A stretch of 64,000 nt of DNA from NCBI GenBank assembly GCA_963663165.1, contig OY760175.1:5472001-5536000 (forward strand). Reading direction: 5' to 3'. Of the stretch, positions 18,279 to 28,496 are shown in pieces. Numbering within the stretch: the stretch's first letter is position 1; each line of letters opens with the position of its first letter. The notes beneath the pieces were generated by a model that saw only the letters and a list, made by a program, of their open reading frames with translations, did not search any database and was not told where the DNA came from. Position numbers and translations under genes: made by a program. This stretch comes from an uncultured Desulfospira sp. (GTDB lineage Bacteria; Desulfobacterota; Desulfobacteria; Desulfobacterales; Desulfobacteraceae).

Positions 18279-20783
18279 ATGTTAAAAGACAGTTCTTTTT
18301 TTTCCAACTGGGGAATTTTTGCCAAAGGCATGGATAGCAAGAGCATACAGCTGTCTTTGGGAAACCATCTGGAGTATTCACTTTCAAAAGATCAGTTTAC
18401 GGCCACCATGCGCGACCTTTACCATGCCCTGGCACTGGCGGCCCGGGACCGGATGGTGGAGCGCTGGATTCAGACCCAGCAAACCTACCATTACAAGAAT
18501 TCAAAACGGGTTTACTATCTTTCGGCCGAATACCTGATGGGCCGGATTCTGATTAACAGCCTGATTAACCTGGGGATTTATGATGAGACCATTGATGCGT
18601 TACAAGATCTTGGCCTTGACTTGGAAGAAATTGCCCAGGAAGAGCCTGACATGGGGCTGGGCAACGGGGGGTTAGGACGGTTGGCCGCCTGTTTTCTGGA
18701 TTCGGCGGCATCTTTGGAAATCCCTTGCCAAGGGTACGGGATCCGGTATGAGTTCGGCATATTTGATCAGGCCATCAGAAACCTGGGGCAGGTGGAACTG
18801 CCTGAAGTCTGGCTCAAGTATGGCAACCCCTGGGAGATCGCCCGGCCTGAGTACAATTTTTCGGTTCATTTTTACGGCCATGTGGAACAGGAAACCCTGC
18901 CCGACGGCACCCTGAAAACCGAATGGAAAGACACCAGTGATGTTATCGGCATTGCCTATGATACCCCCATTGACGGCTACGGCAATGAAACGGTAAATAC
19001 CTTACGGCTGTGGTCCGCCAGGGCCTCCAAAGAGTTTGACCTGAATTATTTTCAAGGCGGCGATTACATGGGGGCAGTGGAAGAAAAGAACCTGTCTGAA
19101 AATATTTCCAAAGTGCTCTATCCCAATGATTCGTTTTTTGAGGGCCGGGAACTGCGCCTAAAACAGCAGTACTTTTTTGTTTCCTGTTCCGTGCAGGATA
19201 TTATTCGCCGCTACTTTAAAGATCATGAAAATTTTGATCAATTTCCCGATAAGGTGGTGATTCAGCTCAACGATACCCATCCTTCCCTGGCCATTCTCGA
19301 GCTGATGCGGCTGCTGCTCGATGAGCACTGCCTTTCCTGGGAAAAGGCCTGGGAAATTACCCAGAACACCTGCGCCTACACCAACCATACCCTGTTGTCC
19401 GAGGCCATGGAAAAATGGCCCATGGAGATGTTTGAAACTTTACTGCCCCGCCATTTGCTGATTCTGTTTGAAATTAACCGGCGGTTCATGCGGGACGTGG
19501 CCGTACGGTTTCGGGGAGATGATGCGCGCCAAAGCCGCATGTCCATCATCGAAGAAGGATCGGAAAAAAAGGTTCGCATGGCCAACCTGGCCATTGTGGG
19601 GTCACGGTCCGTCAACGGGGTGGCGGCCCTGCACAGCCAGTTGCTGCGGGAGCGTGAGTTCGCCGACTTTGAACAGATGTATCCGGGCCGGTTTAACAAC
19701 AAAACCAACGGGGTGACTCCGCGCCGCTGGTTGTATACGGCCAATCCGCTGCTGTCCGAGCTGATCATGTCCCGCATCGGAAAGGAGTGGATCAAGGATT
19801 TAACCCATATTAAACAGATAGAGCCCCTGGCCGATGACGAAAGTTTTCAAAGCGCCTGGGCCGAGGTAAAGCAGAACAACAAGATCCAGCTGGCTGAAAT
19901 CACCAAATCCTTAACCGGCGTGAATGTGGATCCCACCTCTATTTTTGATGTGCAGGTCAAACGGATTCATGAATATAAACGCCAGCTGCTCAATATCCTG
20001 AATGTGGTTTACTGCTGGCTCAAGCTCAAAGAAGACCCTTCATTTGACATGCATCCCAGAACCTTCTTTTTTGGGGGCAAAGCGGCCCCCGGATACTGGG
20101 TGGCCAAGAATATCATCCAGCTGATCTGTCATGTGGCTGAAATGATCAACCGCGATACCGCCACCAATGACCGGATCAAGGTGGCCTTTCTGCCCAATTA
20201 CCGGGTCACCCTGGCGGAAAAAATTTTCCCGGCCGCTGAGGTTTCCGAGCAGATTTCCACGGCCGGGTATGAGGCATCCGGCACCTCAAATATGAAATTC
20301 GCCCTTAACGGCAGCCTGACCATCGGCACCCTTGACGGCGCCAATGTGGAAATGCTCGAAGAAATCGGCAAGGACAATATTTTCATCTTCGGCCTGACCA
20401 CCGAGGAAGTGATTGAGCTTCGGTCCCATTATAATGCCAATGAATATTATTATAAAGATCCGTTGTTGAAAGAAACCATTGATATGATCCGCAGCGGCTT
20501 TTTCAGCCCCGAAGACCAGGCGATTTTTCAAAACCTGATGGACCGGCTCATCCACCAGGATGAATACCTGGTGCTGGCCGATTTTCACGCCTACCATGAC
20601 TGCCAGATGCGTATAGACAAATTGTACCGGGACCGGAAGGCGTGGAATCAAAAGTCTGTTATCAATACGGCGCGGATGGCCAAATTTTCCAGTGACCGGA
20701 CCATTTTTGAGTATAACCGGGATATCTGGCATGCCGACCCGGTTCACATTGAAATGGAAAACCGGCCGGTATCCCCGATTTGA
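18279..20783 (+). CDS. glgP: Glycogen/maltodextrin phosphorylase
   Basis: GLGNGGLGRLAACFLDS, QVKRIHEYKRQ, EASGTSNMKF PLP site. Confidence 0.97.
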   Translation: MLKDSSFFSNWGIFAKGMDSKSIQLSLGNHLEYSLSKDQFTATMRDLYHALALAARDRMVERWIQTQQTYHYKNSKRVYYLSAEYLMGRILINSLINLGIYDETIDALQDLGLDLEEIAQEEPDMGLGNGGLGRLAACFLDSAASLEIPCQGYGIRYEFGIFDQAIRNLGQVELPEVWLKYGNPWEIARPEYNFSVHFYGHVEQETLPDGTLKTEWKDTSDVIGIAYDTPIDGYGNETVNTLRLWSARASKEFDLNYFQGGDYMGAVEEKNLSENISKVLYPNDSFFEGRELRLKQQYFFVSCSVQDIIRRYFKDHENFDQFPDKVVIQLNDTHPSLAILELMRLLLDEHCLSWEKAWEITQNTCAYTNHTLLSEAMEKWPMEMFETLLPRHLLILFEINRRFMRDVAVRFRGDDARQSRMSIIEEGSEKKVRMANLAIVGSRSVNGVAALHSQLLREREFADFEQMYPGRFNNKTNGVTPRRWLYTANPLLSELIMSRIGKEWIKDLTHIKQIEPLADDESFQSAWAEVKQNNKIQLAEITKSLTGVNVDPTSIFDVQVKRIHEYKRQLLNILNVVYCWLKLKEDPSFDMHPRTFFFGGKAAPGYWVAKNIIQLICHVAEMINRDTATNDRIKVAFLPNYRVTLAEKIFPAAEVSEQISTAGYEASGTSNMKFALNGSLTIGTLDGANVEMLEEIGKDNIFIFGLTTEEVIELRSHYNANEYYYKDPLLKETIDMIRSGFFSPEDQAIFQNLMDRLIHQDEYLVLADFHAYHDCQMRIDKLYRDRKAWNQKSVINTARMAKFSSDRTIFEYNRDIWHADPVHIEMENRPVSPI

Positions 20784-20800
20784 TAGACCAGGAGACGCCT

Positions 20801-21976
20801 ATGTCATTATGGGAAAAAGCCAAAAACGAATTTATCGATATTGTGGAGTGGACCGATGATTCCACCCATACCATGGTCTACCGGTTTCCCGGCAATGACA
20901 ATGAAATCAAATACGGGGCAAAGCTTGTGGTCCGCCAGGCCCAGGCCGCTGTTTTCGTCAATAAAGGGAAAATTGCCGACATTTTTCCATCGGGCCATTA
21001 CACCCTTGAAACAGACAATTTGCCGGTTCTGACCACCCTTGCCGGATGGAAATATGGGTTTCACAGCCCGTTTAAAGCGGAGGTCTATTTTGTAAATCTG
21101 AAAAATTTTACCAACCTTAAGTGGGGCACCCGGAACCCGGTGATTGTAAAAGATCCGGAATTCGGCCCCTTGCGCCTGCGCGCCTTTGGGACCTACGTCA
21201 TCAAGGTGGCCGACCCCGGCCGGTTTATTGAGGAGATCGTGGGGACGGACGGCCTTTTTACAGTGGAAAAGGTGGCCGATCAGCTCAGAAATCTGATTAT
21301 CTCCCGGTTCTCCGACCTGCTTGGGGAAAAAAAGCTGCCCATCACAGAGCTTACGGCCAATTACAGTGAACTGTCGGATATCTTAACCCGGGTCATTTCT
21401 CCGGAATTCATGGCCTACGGGCTGGAACTGACCAAGTTCCTGGTTGAAAACATCTCGCTTCCCGAAGAGGTGGAAAAGGCCCTGGACAAACGCAGCAGCA
21501 TGCAGGTTATCGGGAATCTGGATGACTATTTTAAATTTCAAAGCGCCAATGCCATGGAAGAGGCGGCCCAAAATCCGGGGGGAGATGCTGCCAGCGGTAT
21601 CGGCATGGGCATGGGGTTTGCCATGGCCGGGCAGATAGGCAAGACCATGGCAGCAGGACAACAGCAGCCGTTCAGCCGCGGCCCGGGTTCCCCTCAGCCG
21701 GACACCGGTGCCGCTGCCCGGCCGGCCGGCGGTCCGCCCCCGCTGCCGGGCTCCCATGGGAATCTTCAATACTTTGTGGCCATTAAAGGGAAACAAATTG
21801 GCCCTCTGGAACTTGAGACGGTTCTTCACAACATCAAAAAAGGCAACATCGGCCGGGATACCCTGGTATGGCATTCCGGGCTTGAAAGCTGGCAAAAAGC
21901 CCATACCATTGCGGCGTTGTCCCATGGGTTTGCCCTGGTGCCCCCGCCCCTTGACCCCAGGGAGACCAACCCATGA
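20801..21976 (+). CDS. SPFH/band-7 domain protein with C-terminal GYF_2-like domain
   Basis: SPFKAEVYF..KWGT, ENISLPEEV; C-terminal QIGP...DTLVW..G...W. Confidence 0.85.
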   Translation: MSLWEKAKNEFIDIVEWTDDSTHTMVYRFPGNDNEIKYGAKLVVRQAQAAVFVNKGKIADIFPSGHYTLETDNLPVLTTLAGWKYGFHSPFKAEVYFVNLKNFTNLKWGTRNPVIVKDPEFGPLRLRAFGTYVIKVADPGRFIEEIVGTDGLFTVEKVADQLRNLIISRFSDLLGEKKLPITELTANYSELSDILTRVISPEFMAYGLELTKFLVENISLPEEVEKALDKRSSMQVIGNLDDYFKFQSANAMEEAAQNPGGDAASGIGMGMGFAMAGQIGKTMAAGQQQPFSRGPGSPQPDTGAAARPAGGPPPLPGSHGNLQYFVAIKGKQIGPLELETVLHNIKKGNIGRDTLVWHSGLESWQKAHTIAALSHGFALVPPPLDPRETNP

Positions 21977-22629
21977 AATGCATGAACTGCTCAGCCCCGC
22001 TTCCGCCCAACGCCGTTGTGTGCGAATACTGCGGCAGTCGAAACGATACAGATTTGATGGGGATTCATACCTATACCACCCATGAACTGGAATCGGGCCG
22101 GATGTGTCCCCATTGCCATGTTGCCCTGGCCACCATTGACCTGAAGATCGGCGGTAAATTTTTTATTGAACGGTGTGAACAGTGCCTGGGGCTTTTTTTC
22201 GATCCCGGAGAATTAGAGGCGTTACTGGAAGATTCGGTCAAACATGTTTATACCGTCAACCTTGAAAAACTGGCCAATATCACCAATGCCATGTCTAAAG
22301 ATGATCAGCCGATAACCTATATCAAATGCCCGGCCTGTTCAAAAATTATGAACCGCGTGAACTTTGGTGCCCGAAGCGGCGTGATTGTTGACGTCTGCAA
22401 GGCCCATGGCATCTGGCTGGACAGCGGTGAACTGCGGCGCCTGCTGGAATGGAAAAAGGCCGGCGGCACCCTGCTTCATGAACAGCGAAAGATTGAAGCG
22501 GCAAAGGCAAAAGAAAAGATGGAAAAACAAAAAATTACCGATGCCGGCATTTTTGCCCAGTTGAATAAACAGCCGGAATGGGAGAGCGATTCCCTGTTTG
22601 ACCAGGTGGTTTCCTGGTTGTTTTTTTAA
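21973..22629 (+). CDS. Multi zinc-ribbon (zf-TFIIB-like) protein
   Basis: Repeated CxxC pairs with GLFFDPGELE and GIWLDSGEL; ATGA overlap with the SPFH gene. Confidence 0.85.
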   Translation: MKCMNCSAPLPPNAVVCEYCGSRNDTDLMGIHTYTTHELESGRMCPHCHVALATIDLKIGGKFFIERCEQCLGLFFDPGELEALLEDSVKHVYTVNLEKLANITNAMSKDDQPITYIKCPACSKIMNRVNFGARSGVIVDVCKAHGIWLDSGELRRLLEWKKAGGTLLHEQRKIEAAKAKEKMEKQKITDAGIFAQLNKQPEWESDSLFDQVVSWLFF

Positions 22630-22653
22630 AAAGGTCTCCGGTCAAGAGCAATC

Positions 22654-22699
22654 TTGACAAAAAATGATTTGAACATATAATTTGACCGTGTAGTCAAAA
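22654..22699 (+). promoter_or_regulatory. Consensus sigma70 promoter with adjacent palindromic operator
   Basis: TTGACA (22654)-16 nt-TATAAT (22676), followed by TTTGAC-cgtgta-GTCAAA. Confidence 0.75.
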
Positions 22700-22725
22700 T
22701 TGTGACTTTTGAGTCAGGCCATACC

Positions 22726-22770
22726 AGAGGTTCCTTTGGGGAAGCATCCAAAGGAACCTCTTAACTTTTT
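22726..22770 (+). terminator. Strong leader hairpin with T-run upstream of the MFS gene (possible attenuator)
   Basis: AGAGGTTCCTTTGG-n8-CCAAAGGAACCTCT followed by taactttttt. Confidence 0.55.
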
Positions 22771-22784
22771 TGCAAGAAGGATAT

Positions 22785-23978
22785 ATGAACCAGAAACAAC
22801 GTTTTTTCGGGGACCGGACAATGCCTGTCATGCTGGCGCTTCTCAGCGCCTTTCCGCCGCTTTCCGTTGACCTTTACCTGCCGGCCCTGCCCCATATGGT
22901 TGAGGCCATGAATACCAATGAAACCTGTATCAACATGACCTTAAGCCTTTTTCTGCTTTTCTTTTCCTTAGGGATACTGGTCTGGGGGCCTGTCAGTGAA
23001 AAGTACGGCCGCAGACCCATTGCCCTGGCCGGCCTTGCCCTGTATGCCCTGGCCAGCTTTGGCTGTGCCCTGTCCGGCAACGTTTATCAGCTCATTGTGT
23101 GGCGGGTGGTTCAGGCCTTTGGCGGCGGCGCCTCCACGGCCGTTTCCACGGCCATGGTCAAGGATATGTACAGCGGACGGCAGCGGGAGTCAGTTCTGGC
23201 CATTGTCATGGCCATTGTGGTGGTGGCGCCGGTGGTGGCACCGGTGATGGGGGCCATGCTGCTTAAGATTGCGTCCTGGCGGGTGATTTTCGGGGCCCTG
23301 GGGGTGATTGGCGCTCTGGTTTTCAGTTTGTCCCTGTTACTGACTGAAACCCTGGAAGAGCGGTACTCCGGTTCTTTAATCCGGTCCATCGGCCGCCTGG
23401 CCGTGGTGTTGAAAAATCCGGGATTTTCCTTTCTGCTGGTGGTGTTTTCCCTGGTTCCCGTCCCTTTGCTGGCCTTTATTGCCGCCTCTTCTTTTATTTA
23501 TATCCGGGATTTTGGCCTCACCGAAACCGTGTACAGCTGTTTTTTCGCCTTTAATGCGTTAGGTGCCCTTGTGGGTCCGCTGCTGTATATCCGGATCTCT
23601 GAGCGGATACCGTCCGGCCATATCATTTCAGGGTGCTTTGGTATTGCGACCGGGGCCGGCATTCTTTTAATGGCCTGGGGAGCGAAGTCCCCGGTGGCCT
23701 TTGCCCTGATCATGGGTGCCGCCACCTGGGCCATGAGCCTGATGCGGCCCCCCACCGCCAACCTGCTGCTGGCCCAGCAGCAGAAGGACACCGGTTCGGC
23801 CGCCTCCCTGATTAACTTTACGGGCATGGCCATGGGCAGTGTCGGCATGTTTATGGTATCCCTGGTGACCGGGGATCTGATTTCCTGGCTGGGAATGATG
23901 CTGCTGTTAATGGGAGTGGTGTGCGGGGCGCTCTGGCTTTGGGTTAAGAACCGGCCGTGTATCCGCCAGTCTGATTAG
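22785..23978 (+). CDS. Bcr/CflA-family MFS efflux transporter
   Basis: DLYLPALP, GPVSEKYGRRP, about 12 TM segments. Confidence 0.92.
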   Translation: MNQKQRFFGDRTMPVMLALLSAFPPLSVDLYLPALPHMVEAMNTNETCINMTLSLFLLFFSLGILVWGPVSEKYGRRPIALAGLALYALASFGCALSGNVYQLIVWRVVQAFGGGASTAVSTAMVKDMYSGRQRESVLAIVMAIVVVAPVVAPVMGAMLLKIASWRVIFGALGVIGALVFSLSLLLTETLEERYSGSLIRSIGRLAVVLKNPGFSFLLVVFSLVPVPLLAFIAASSFIYIRDFGLTETVYSCFFAFNALGALVGPLLYIRISERIPSGHIISGCFGIATGAGILLMAWGAKSPVAFALIMGAATWAMSLMRPPTANLLLAQQQKDTGSAASLINFTGMAMGSVGMFMVSLVTGDLISWLGMMLLLMGVVCGALWLWVKNRPCIRQSD

Positions 23979-23988
23979 CCCCGGGGGG

Positions 23989-25578
23989 TCAGTAAAGCCG
24001 GATCAAGGTCTGTTTTTCTGTCTGGCTCAGGGAGTGGATATAGTGAAGCAGCTTTCTGCGCTCATCCATTTTCATGGTCACGAACTCAACCCCCATCAGA
24101 TACCTTCCGATGGGCCGGGGCCTGACCCGGACCACTTTGGAAAGAACGGAAAGGCATACGGATTTGACATGGATTTCCATGATCACCAGGTTGTCGACCG
24201 GGAAATAATACCCGGTTTCAAACTGCATGCCCCCTTCACTGATATCATCCACCCGGATGCCCAGTTTTTCTCCAAAAACTTCCGGCAGGCCGGACTCTTC
24301 ACACGCTTCAACCGGAGGACGGTTTTCAGGGGCCTGTCCGCCCATTAACTTTCCCCAGTAATTGATCTGATCGTCGTAGGAAAGAAAAACAATTTCAAAT
24401 TTAAGGTTTACAGAGACCCGTTGGAACTGTCGGCGCTCGATATTATAGCACCTTTCTTTAATGAACAGGTCCACCAGCTCTGCGTCGAACTGGGTACCCT
24501 TTCCTTTTTCAAGAACCCCAATGGCCTTGTCAAGGGACATGACCTGTTTATAGGGCCGGTCATAGGCGGTAATGGCATCAAACACATCGGCGATAGAGAT
24601 AATCCGGGCCGGAAGGGGCAGATCTTCCCCGGCCAGTCCATAGGGGTATCCCTTGCCGTCTATCCGTTCATGATGGACCGATGCCAGGAACGGCACCTTT
24701 TTCAACTCCTCTGAGAAATGAACCTGTTCAAGGATCTGGTTTGTATAGGCGGCATGCTCTTTGACCTGTTTGTATTCTTCGCTTGTCAGGGTCCCGGGTT
24801 TGAGCAGAATATTGTCCCTGACGCCCAGTTTTCCGATATCGTGTAAAAAGGAAGCCACCTCCACTTCATTAACGGTCTGGTCGTCCAGATGGCAGGCTCT
24901 GGCCAGGCGGACAGCATACAGGGCCACTCGCTGGGAATGGCCTGCCGTAATCGGGTCCCGGGCGTCAATGGTTTTTGAAAGGGTGTGAATCAGGCTTTTA
25001 AAAAGGCGCTTTTGTTCTTCTGCCAGCAGCGTATTTTCAATGCAGATGGTGGCCTGGAGGGAAAACATGGCCAACAGCTCTTCGTCATAGGCGGAAAAGG
25101 CCCCTTCTTTTTTATTTAATACCTGGGTGACGCCGATCACCTGTCCCTGGCGGGAAATCAGGGGCATACACAAAAGGCTTTGGGTCTGGTACTGGGTCTG
25201 CCGGTCAATATCCGGATTAAACCGGGGGTCCTGGTAGGCATCTTTGATGTTGACGGTCTGTTTTGTCTTAACGACGTCTCCGGCAATCCCTTTGTCTATG
25301 GGAAACCTTATTTCGTTGATATGGGCCTGCTGGATAAACCGGCTGTACAGCTCGTTATGGGTATAGTCGCACAGGAAAATAGAGCTGACATCGGCGTCAA
25401 GGACCCGGCTTGCCCCGTTCATGATCAAGCTGAGCAGATACTCAAGCCGCTTTTCAGCCGCCATGAGATTGGTAATCTCAAGGATTCTTTGTAAATCGTG
25501 AAGTTGTTTTTCGTTGTTCATCTCAGCCAGACACGAATTTAGCGGCTTACCGCTCGTTAATGAGAGTTCATCTCTCAC
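23989..25578 (-). CDS. GAF + HD-GYP phosphodiesterase + PilZ domain protein (start could be 25521)
   Basis: DAYQDPRF/NKK GAF; HSQRVA, LHDIGK, HHERIDGKGYP; RRQFQR...DISEGG PilZ motifs. Confidence 0.88.
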   Translation of the reverse strand: MRDELSLTSGKPLNSCLAEMNNEKQLHDLQRILEITNLMAAEKRLEYLLSLIMNGASRVLDADVSSIFLCDYTHNELYSRFIQQAHINEIRFPIDKGIAGDVVKTKQTVNIKDAYQDPRFNPDIDRQTQYQTQSLLCMPLISRQGQVIGVTQVLNKKEGAFSAYDEELLAMFSLQATICIENTLLAEEQKRLFKSLIHTLSKTIDARDPITAGHSQRVALYAVRLARACHLDDQTVNEVEVASFLHDIGKLGVRDNILLKPGTLTSEEYKQVKEHAAYTNQILEQVHFSEELKKVPFLASVHHERIDGKGYPYGLAGEDLPLPARIISIADVFDAITAYDRPYKQVMSLDKAIGVLEKGKGTQFDAELVDLFIKERCYNIERRQFQRVSVNLKFEIVFLSYDDQINYWGKLMGGQAPENRPPVEACEESGLPEVFGEKLGIRVDDISEGGMQFETGYYFPVDNLVIMEIHVKSVCLSVLSKVVRVRPRPIGRYLMGVEFVTMKMDERRKLLHYIHSLSQTEKQTLIRLY

Positions 25579-25743
25579 ATTGCCGGAATACCATCCCCCG
25601 GAGCCGTTTTAAATGTCAAACAGCTTTGGACTGTTTTTATGAAAGTCTCACCGACATCCTGAGAAGACTTTCATTTTTTGTTGTGGGCGGTTCTTGGTTG
25701 GATAACCAAGGCGGCCCGGTTTTTGCCCTTTAGGGTATGGCCG

Positions 25744-27189
25744 TTATCCGGAAACTGTTCCCCTTAAAAAAGGCGGTAACAGATCAAACACATCTTTGGG
25801 GGCTTTTATGCTTCGTCTGCTGTCAATCAGGAGGGAATCTTCGACATCCGGGGAGTTGATATCAATGGGCTCTGCTTTTTCCCTTAATGTCTGCTCATGG
25901 GAGTCTGTAAACGGAATGACAATCGGCCCTTTGCTTTCAAGGACATAGGCCATCTGGCCGTTTCTTAAATAAACAATACTGCCGGGGGGATAAATGCCGA
26001 TGCTTTTCACAAAAGAGTGGAGAAGGAACTGCAACACGGGATCTTTTTTCGCATATGTTCTGAAAATCGTCGTTACCACGCTGATGGGATTGACCGCTTC
26101 GCCGTAACATCGTTTAGATGTCATGGCATCATAGATATCGGCCAGTTTGCATATCTTGGTATACAGCGGGACTGTACTGTAAGGTCTTCCCGATGGGTAG
26201 CACCGCTCTTCGCCGTCAATCAGGGGGGCATGATGATACTTGACGATATTCTGGATATAGGCATTTTTAATCCGGTTTTTTTCCAGAAGCTGAACCCCGT
26301 ATTCATAGGAGTGGCGCCTGACCTCTTCATACTCTTCTTTGGTGAGCTTCCCCTCTTTATTGAGGATCTCGTCGGCCACCAGCACTTTACCGATATCATG
26401 GAGAAAAAAACCCAGGGCAATGTCTTGAAGATCTTCTTTGTAATAGCAGAAAAAGGACGATTTGGCGCTTAATTTTTCTTTTCCAAAGGGATCATGCACA
26501 TCCTGGGAGTTTCCTTTGATCAAATGGTCCACATAGTTTGAAAAATGGGTATTGAACCGGTTGAGCATGGTGGTGCCGGTGGTCAGTACATTGATGGAGT
26601 GATTGTACAGATAATCGTTAAAGGAAAATATTTCCTGGGCCAGGTAAGAAAACGGGTTTTCGTCGGTCTGTAGAAATTTAACCATGTCGCCCACATGGGA
26701 TTCCACCACATTATAATCAAACTCCCCGCCGGTTTCCTTTATGTCGCCGACAATTTTTTTAACGCATCCTTTAACGTTTTTGTATTTTTCCCGGGCCTGG
26801 GCCTTTATTTCTTCGATTTCAACCAGGCGGGTTTCAATTTCCCCTGTGACGGTATCGGGAAAGGGGCGTTCCGGCATTTTTTCAGGTTCCGTAGCCGGGG
26901 AATCGGCCCGGTCCTGTTCCGCCCCGCCATCGCCGCCGGATTCATCGGCCCCGGAATCGTCACCATCGCTGATGGGGTTATTGTTTTCATCCCACAACCC
27001 CCCTTCCACCACCACGGAATCAATCCCGTTTTCCTTGATGATTTCCAGAATTCTAACTTTTTCTACCAGGACATCCTTGTCTAGAAGAAGGATTCCTTTG
27101 GAGTTGAAGACATCGACCCCTGTTTTTACCTTTCCACCACCGTTTACGATCTTTATCAACTGCTCAATTGAAAATCTCGTCTCCGCCAT
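25744..27189 (-). CDS. HD-GYP-family protein with divergent motifs
   Basis: HSINV, LHDIGK, HHAPL..E.RCYP, ADIYDAMTSKRCY, IGIYPPGS. Confidence 0.85.
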   Translation of the reverse strand: MAETRFSIEQLIKIVNGGGKVKTGVDVFNSKGILLLDKDVLVEKVRILEIIKENGIDSVVVEGGLWDENNNPISDGDDSGADESGGDGGAEQDRADSPATEPEKMPERPFPDTVTGEIETRLVEIEEIKAQAREKYKNVKGCVKKIVGDIKETGGEFDYNVVESHVGDMVKFLQTDENPFSYLAQEIFSFNDYLYNHSINVLTTGTTMLNRFNTHFSNYVDHLIKGNSQDVHDPFGKEKLSAKSSFFCYYKEDLQDIALGFFLHDIGKVLVADEILNKEGKLTKEEYEEVRRHSYEYGVQLLEKNRIKNAYIQNIVKYHHAPLIDGEERCYPSGRPYSTVPLYTKICKLADIYDAMTSKRCYGEAVNPISVVTTIFRTYAKKDPVLQFLLHSFVKSIGIYPPGSIVYLRNGQMAYVLESKGPIVIPFTDSHEQTLREKAEPIDINSPDVEDSLLIDSRRSIKAPKDVFDLLPPFLRGTVSG

Positions 27190-27449
27190 AAATTTCGATC
27201 CCTTTTGACAGGTCTTTTTTTCGGATTAGTAACGTATTTTGTATTTGTTAGAATTTTGATAAGTTATACTAGAAAAAGTGAGTAGTTTTCAACGAAAAAA
27301 TTTTTCTTATGAAAACCGGGGTTGGATTTTAATCCTGCCTCTGGTTATGATAAGCAAGAAATTGTCTTTAAAAGGTGTGAAACTTGGGAAAAAGATTACA
27401 CAAAAACAGTGAAAGTCAATCCATTTAAAAATGTTTTGGATAAAAAAAA

Positions 27450-28475
27450 ATGACGATTCTTACAAAAAAAAGCAGGCCGGCCCGGCCCAGGGTGGTCATC
27501 CTTGCCACCGGGGGAACCATTGCCGGGGCCGCCGGATCTTCAACCCAGGCCGGGTACCGTTCCGGCCGCCTGGACATTGACCGCCTGATCCGGGCAGTTC
27601 CTGAACTCAAACAGGTTGCCCGGATCAGCGGGGAGCAGATCTCCAATGTGGGCTCTCAGGACATGTCCTTTGAAATCATGACAAGGCTTGCCCGGAAAAT
27701 CAATTCGCTGTCAGCCGACAAGGATGTCCACGGGATCGTGGTGACCCATGGGACCGACACCATGGAGGAAACCGCCTATTTTCTTAACTTGACGGTAAAA
27801 AGCCCCAAAACCGTGGTCATGACCGGTGCCATGCGGCCGGCCACGGCCATCAGCGCCGACGGCCCCTTAAATATTTACAACGCCGTTGCCGTGGCCGCTG
27901 ACCCCAAAGCCAGGGACAGGGGAGTTTTGGTGGTCATGAACGACCGGATCCACGGGGCCCATTCCCTGACCAAAAGCAATACCACATCTGTGGAAACCTT
28001 TGTTTCCCCCATCAACGGATTGATCGGCACGGTGATTTACGGCAAGACCACCTATTTCAGGACCCCATCCCGCACCCACACGGTTTCCAGCCGGTTTTCG
28101 CCCCCTGCTATCCTTCCCCTTCCCCGGGTGGACATTGTCTATGCCTGTGCCGACATGCCCCCGGATCTCATTGAATGCTCTGTGGCCAGCGGCGCCCGGG
28201 GGATTGTCATTGCCGGTGATGGAAACGGGAACATGAATGCGGCCGGCATAAAAGCGGCTGCGGCACTGGCAAAAAAGGGCATATGGATTGTCCGAAGTTC
28301 CAGGGTTGCCACGGGAACAGTGGGCCGGAATATGGAGGTGGATGATGATCTCAACGGTTTTATCGCATCCGATGACCTTAACCCGGCCAAGTCCAGAATT
28401 CTTCTCATGCTGATTCTGGCCCTTATCCCGGACCCGGCCCCTGAACAGGTCCAGGCTTGTTTTTATGAGTATTGA
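27450..28475 (+). CDS. ansB: Type II L-asparaginase
   Basis: LATGGTIAG, HGTDTMEETAYFL. Confidence 0.92.
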   Translation: MTILTKKSRPARPRVVILATGGTIAGAAGSSTQAGYRSGRLDIDRLIRAVPELKQVARISGEQISNVGSQDMSFEIMTRLARKINSLSADKDVHGIVVTHGTDTMEETAYFLNLTVKSPKTVVMTGAMRPATAISADGPLNIYNAVAVAADPKARDRGVLVVMNDRIHGAHSLTKSNTTSVETFVSPINGLIGTVIYGKTTYFRTPSRTHTVSSRFSPPAILPLPRVDIVYACADMPPDLIECSVASGARGIVIAGDGNGNMNAAGIKAAAALAKKGIWIVRSSRVATGTVGRNMEVDDDLNGFIASDDLNPAKSRILLMLILALIPDPAPEQVQACFYEY

Positions 28476-28496
28476 GTTTTTTTAAGGAAAGCGGAA

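Noticed and set aside
25579..25743. c-di-GMP riboswitch between the HD-GYP genes
   Set aside because: Two hairpins are present but the GEMM GNRA-tetraloop/receptor pattern is missing; more likely terminators
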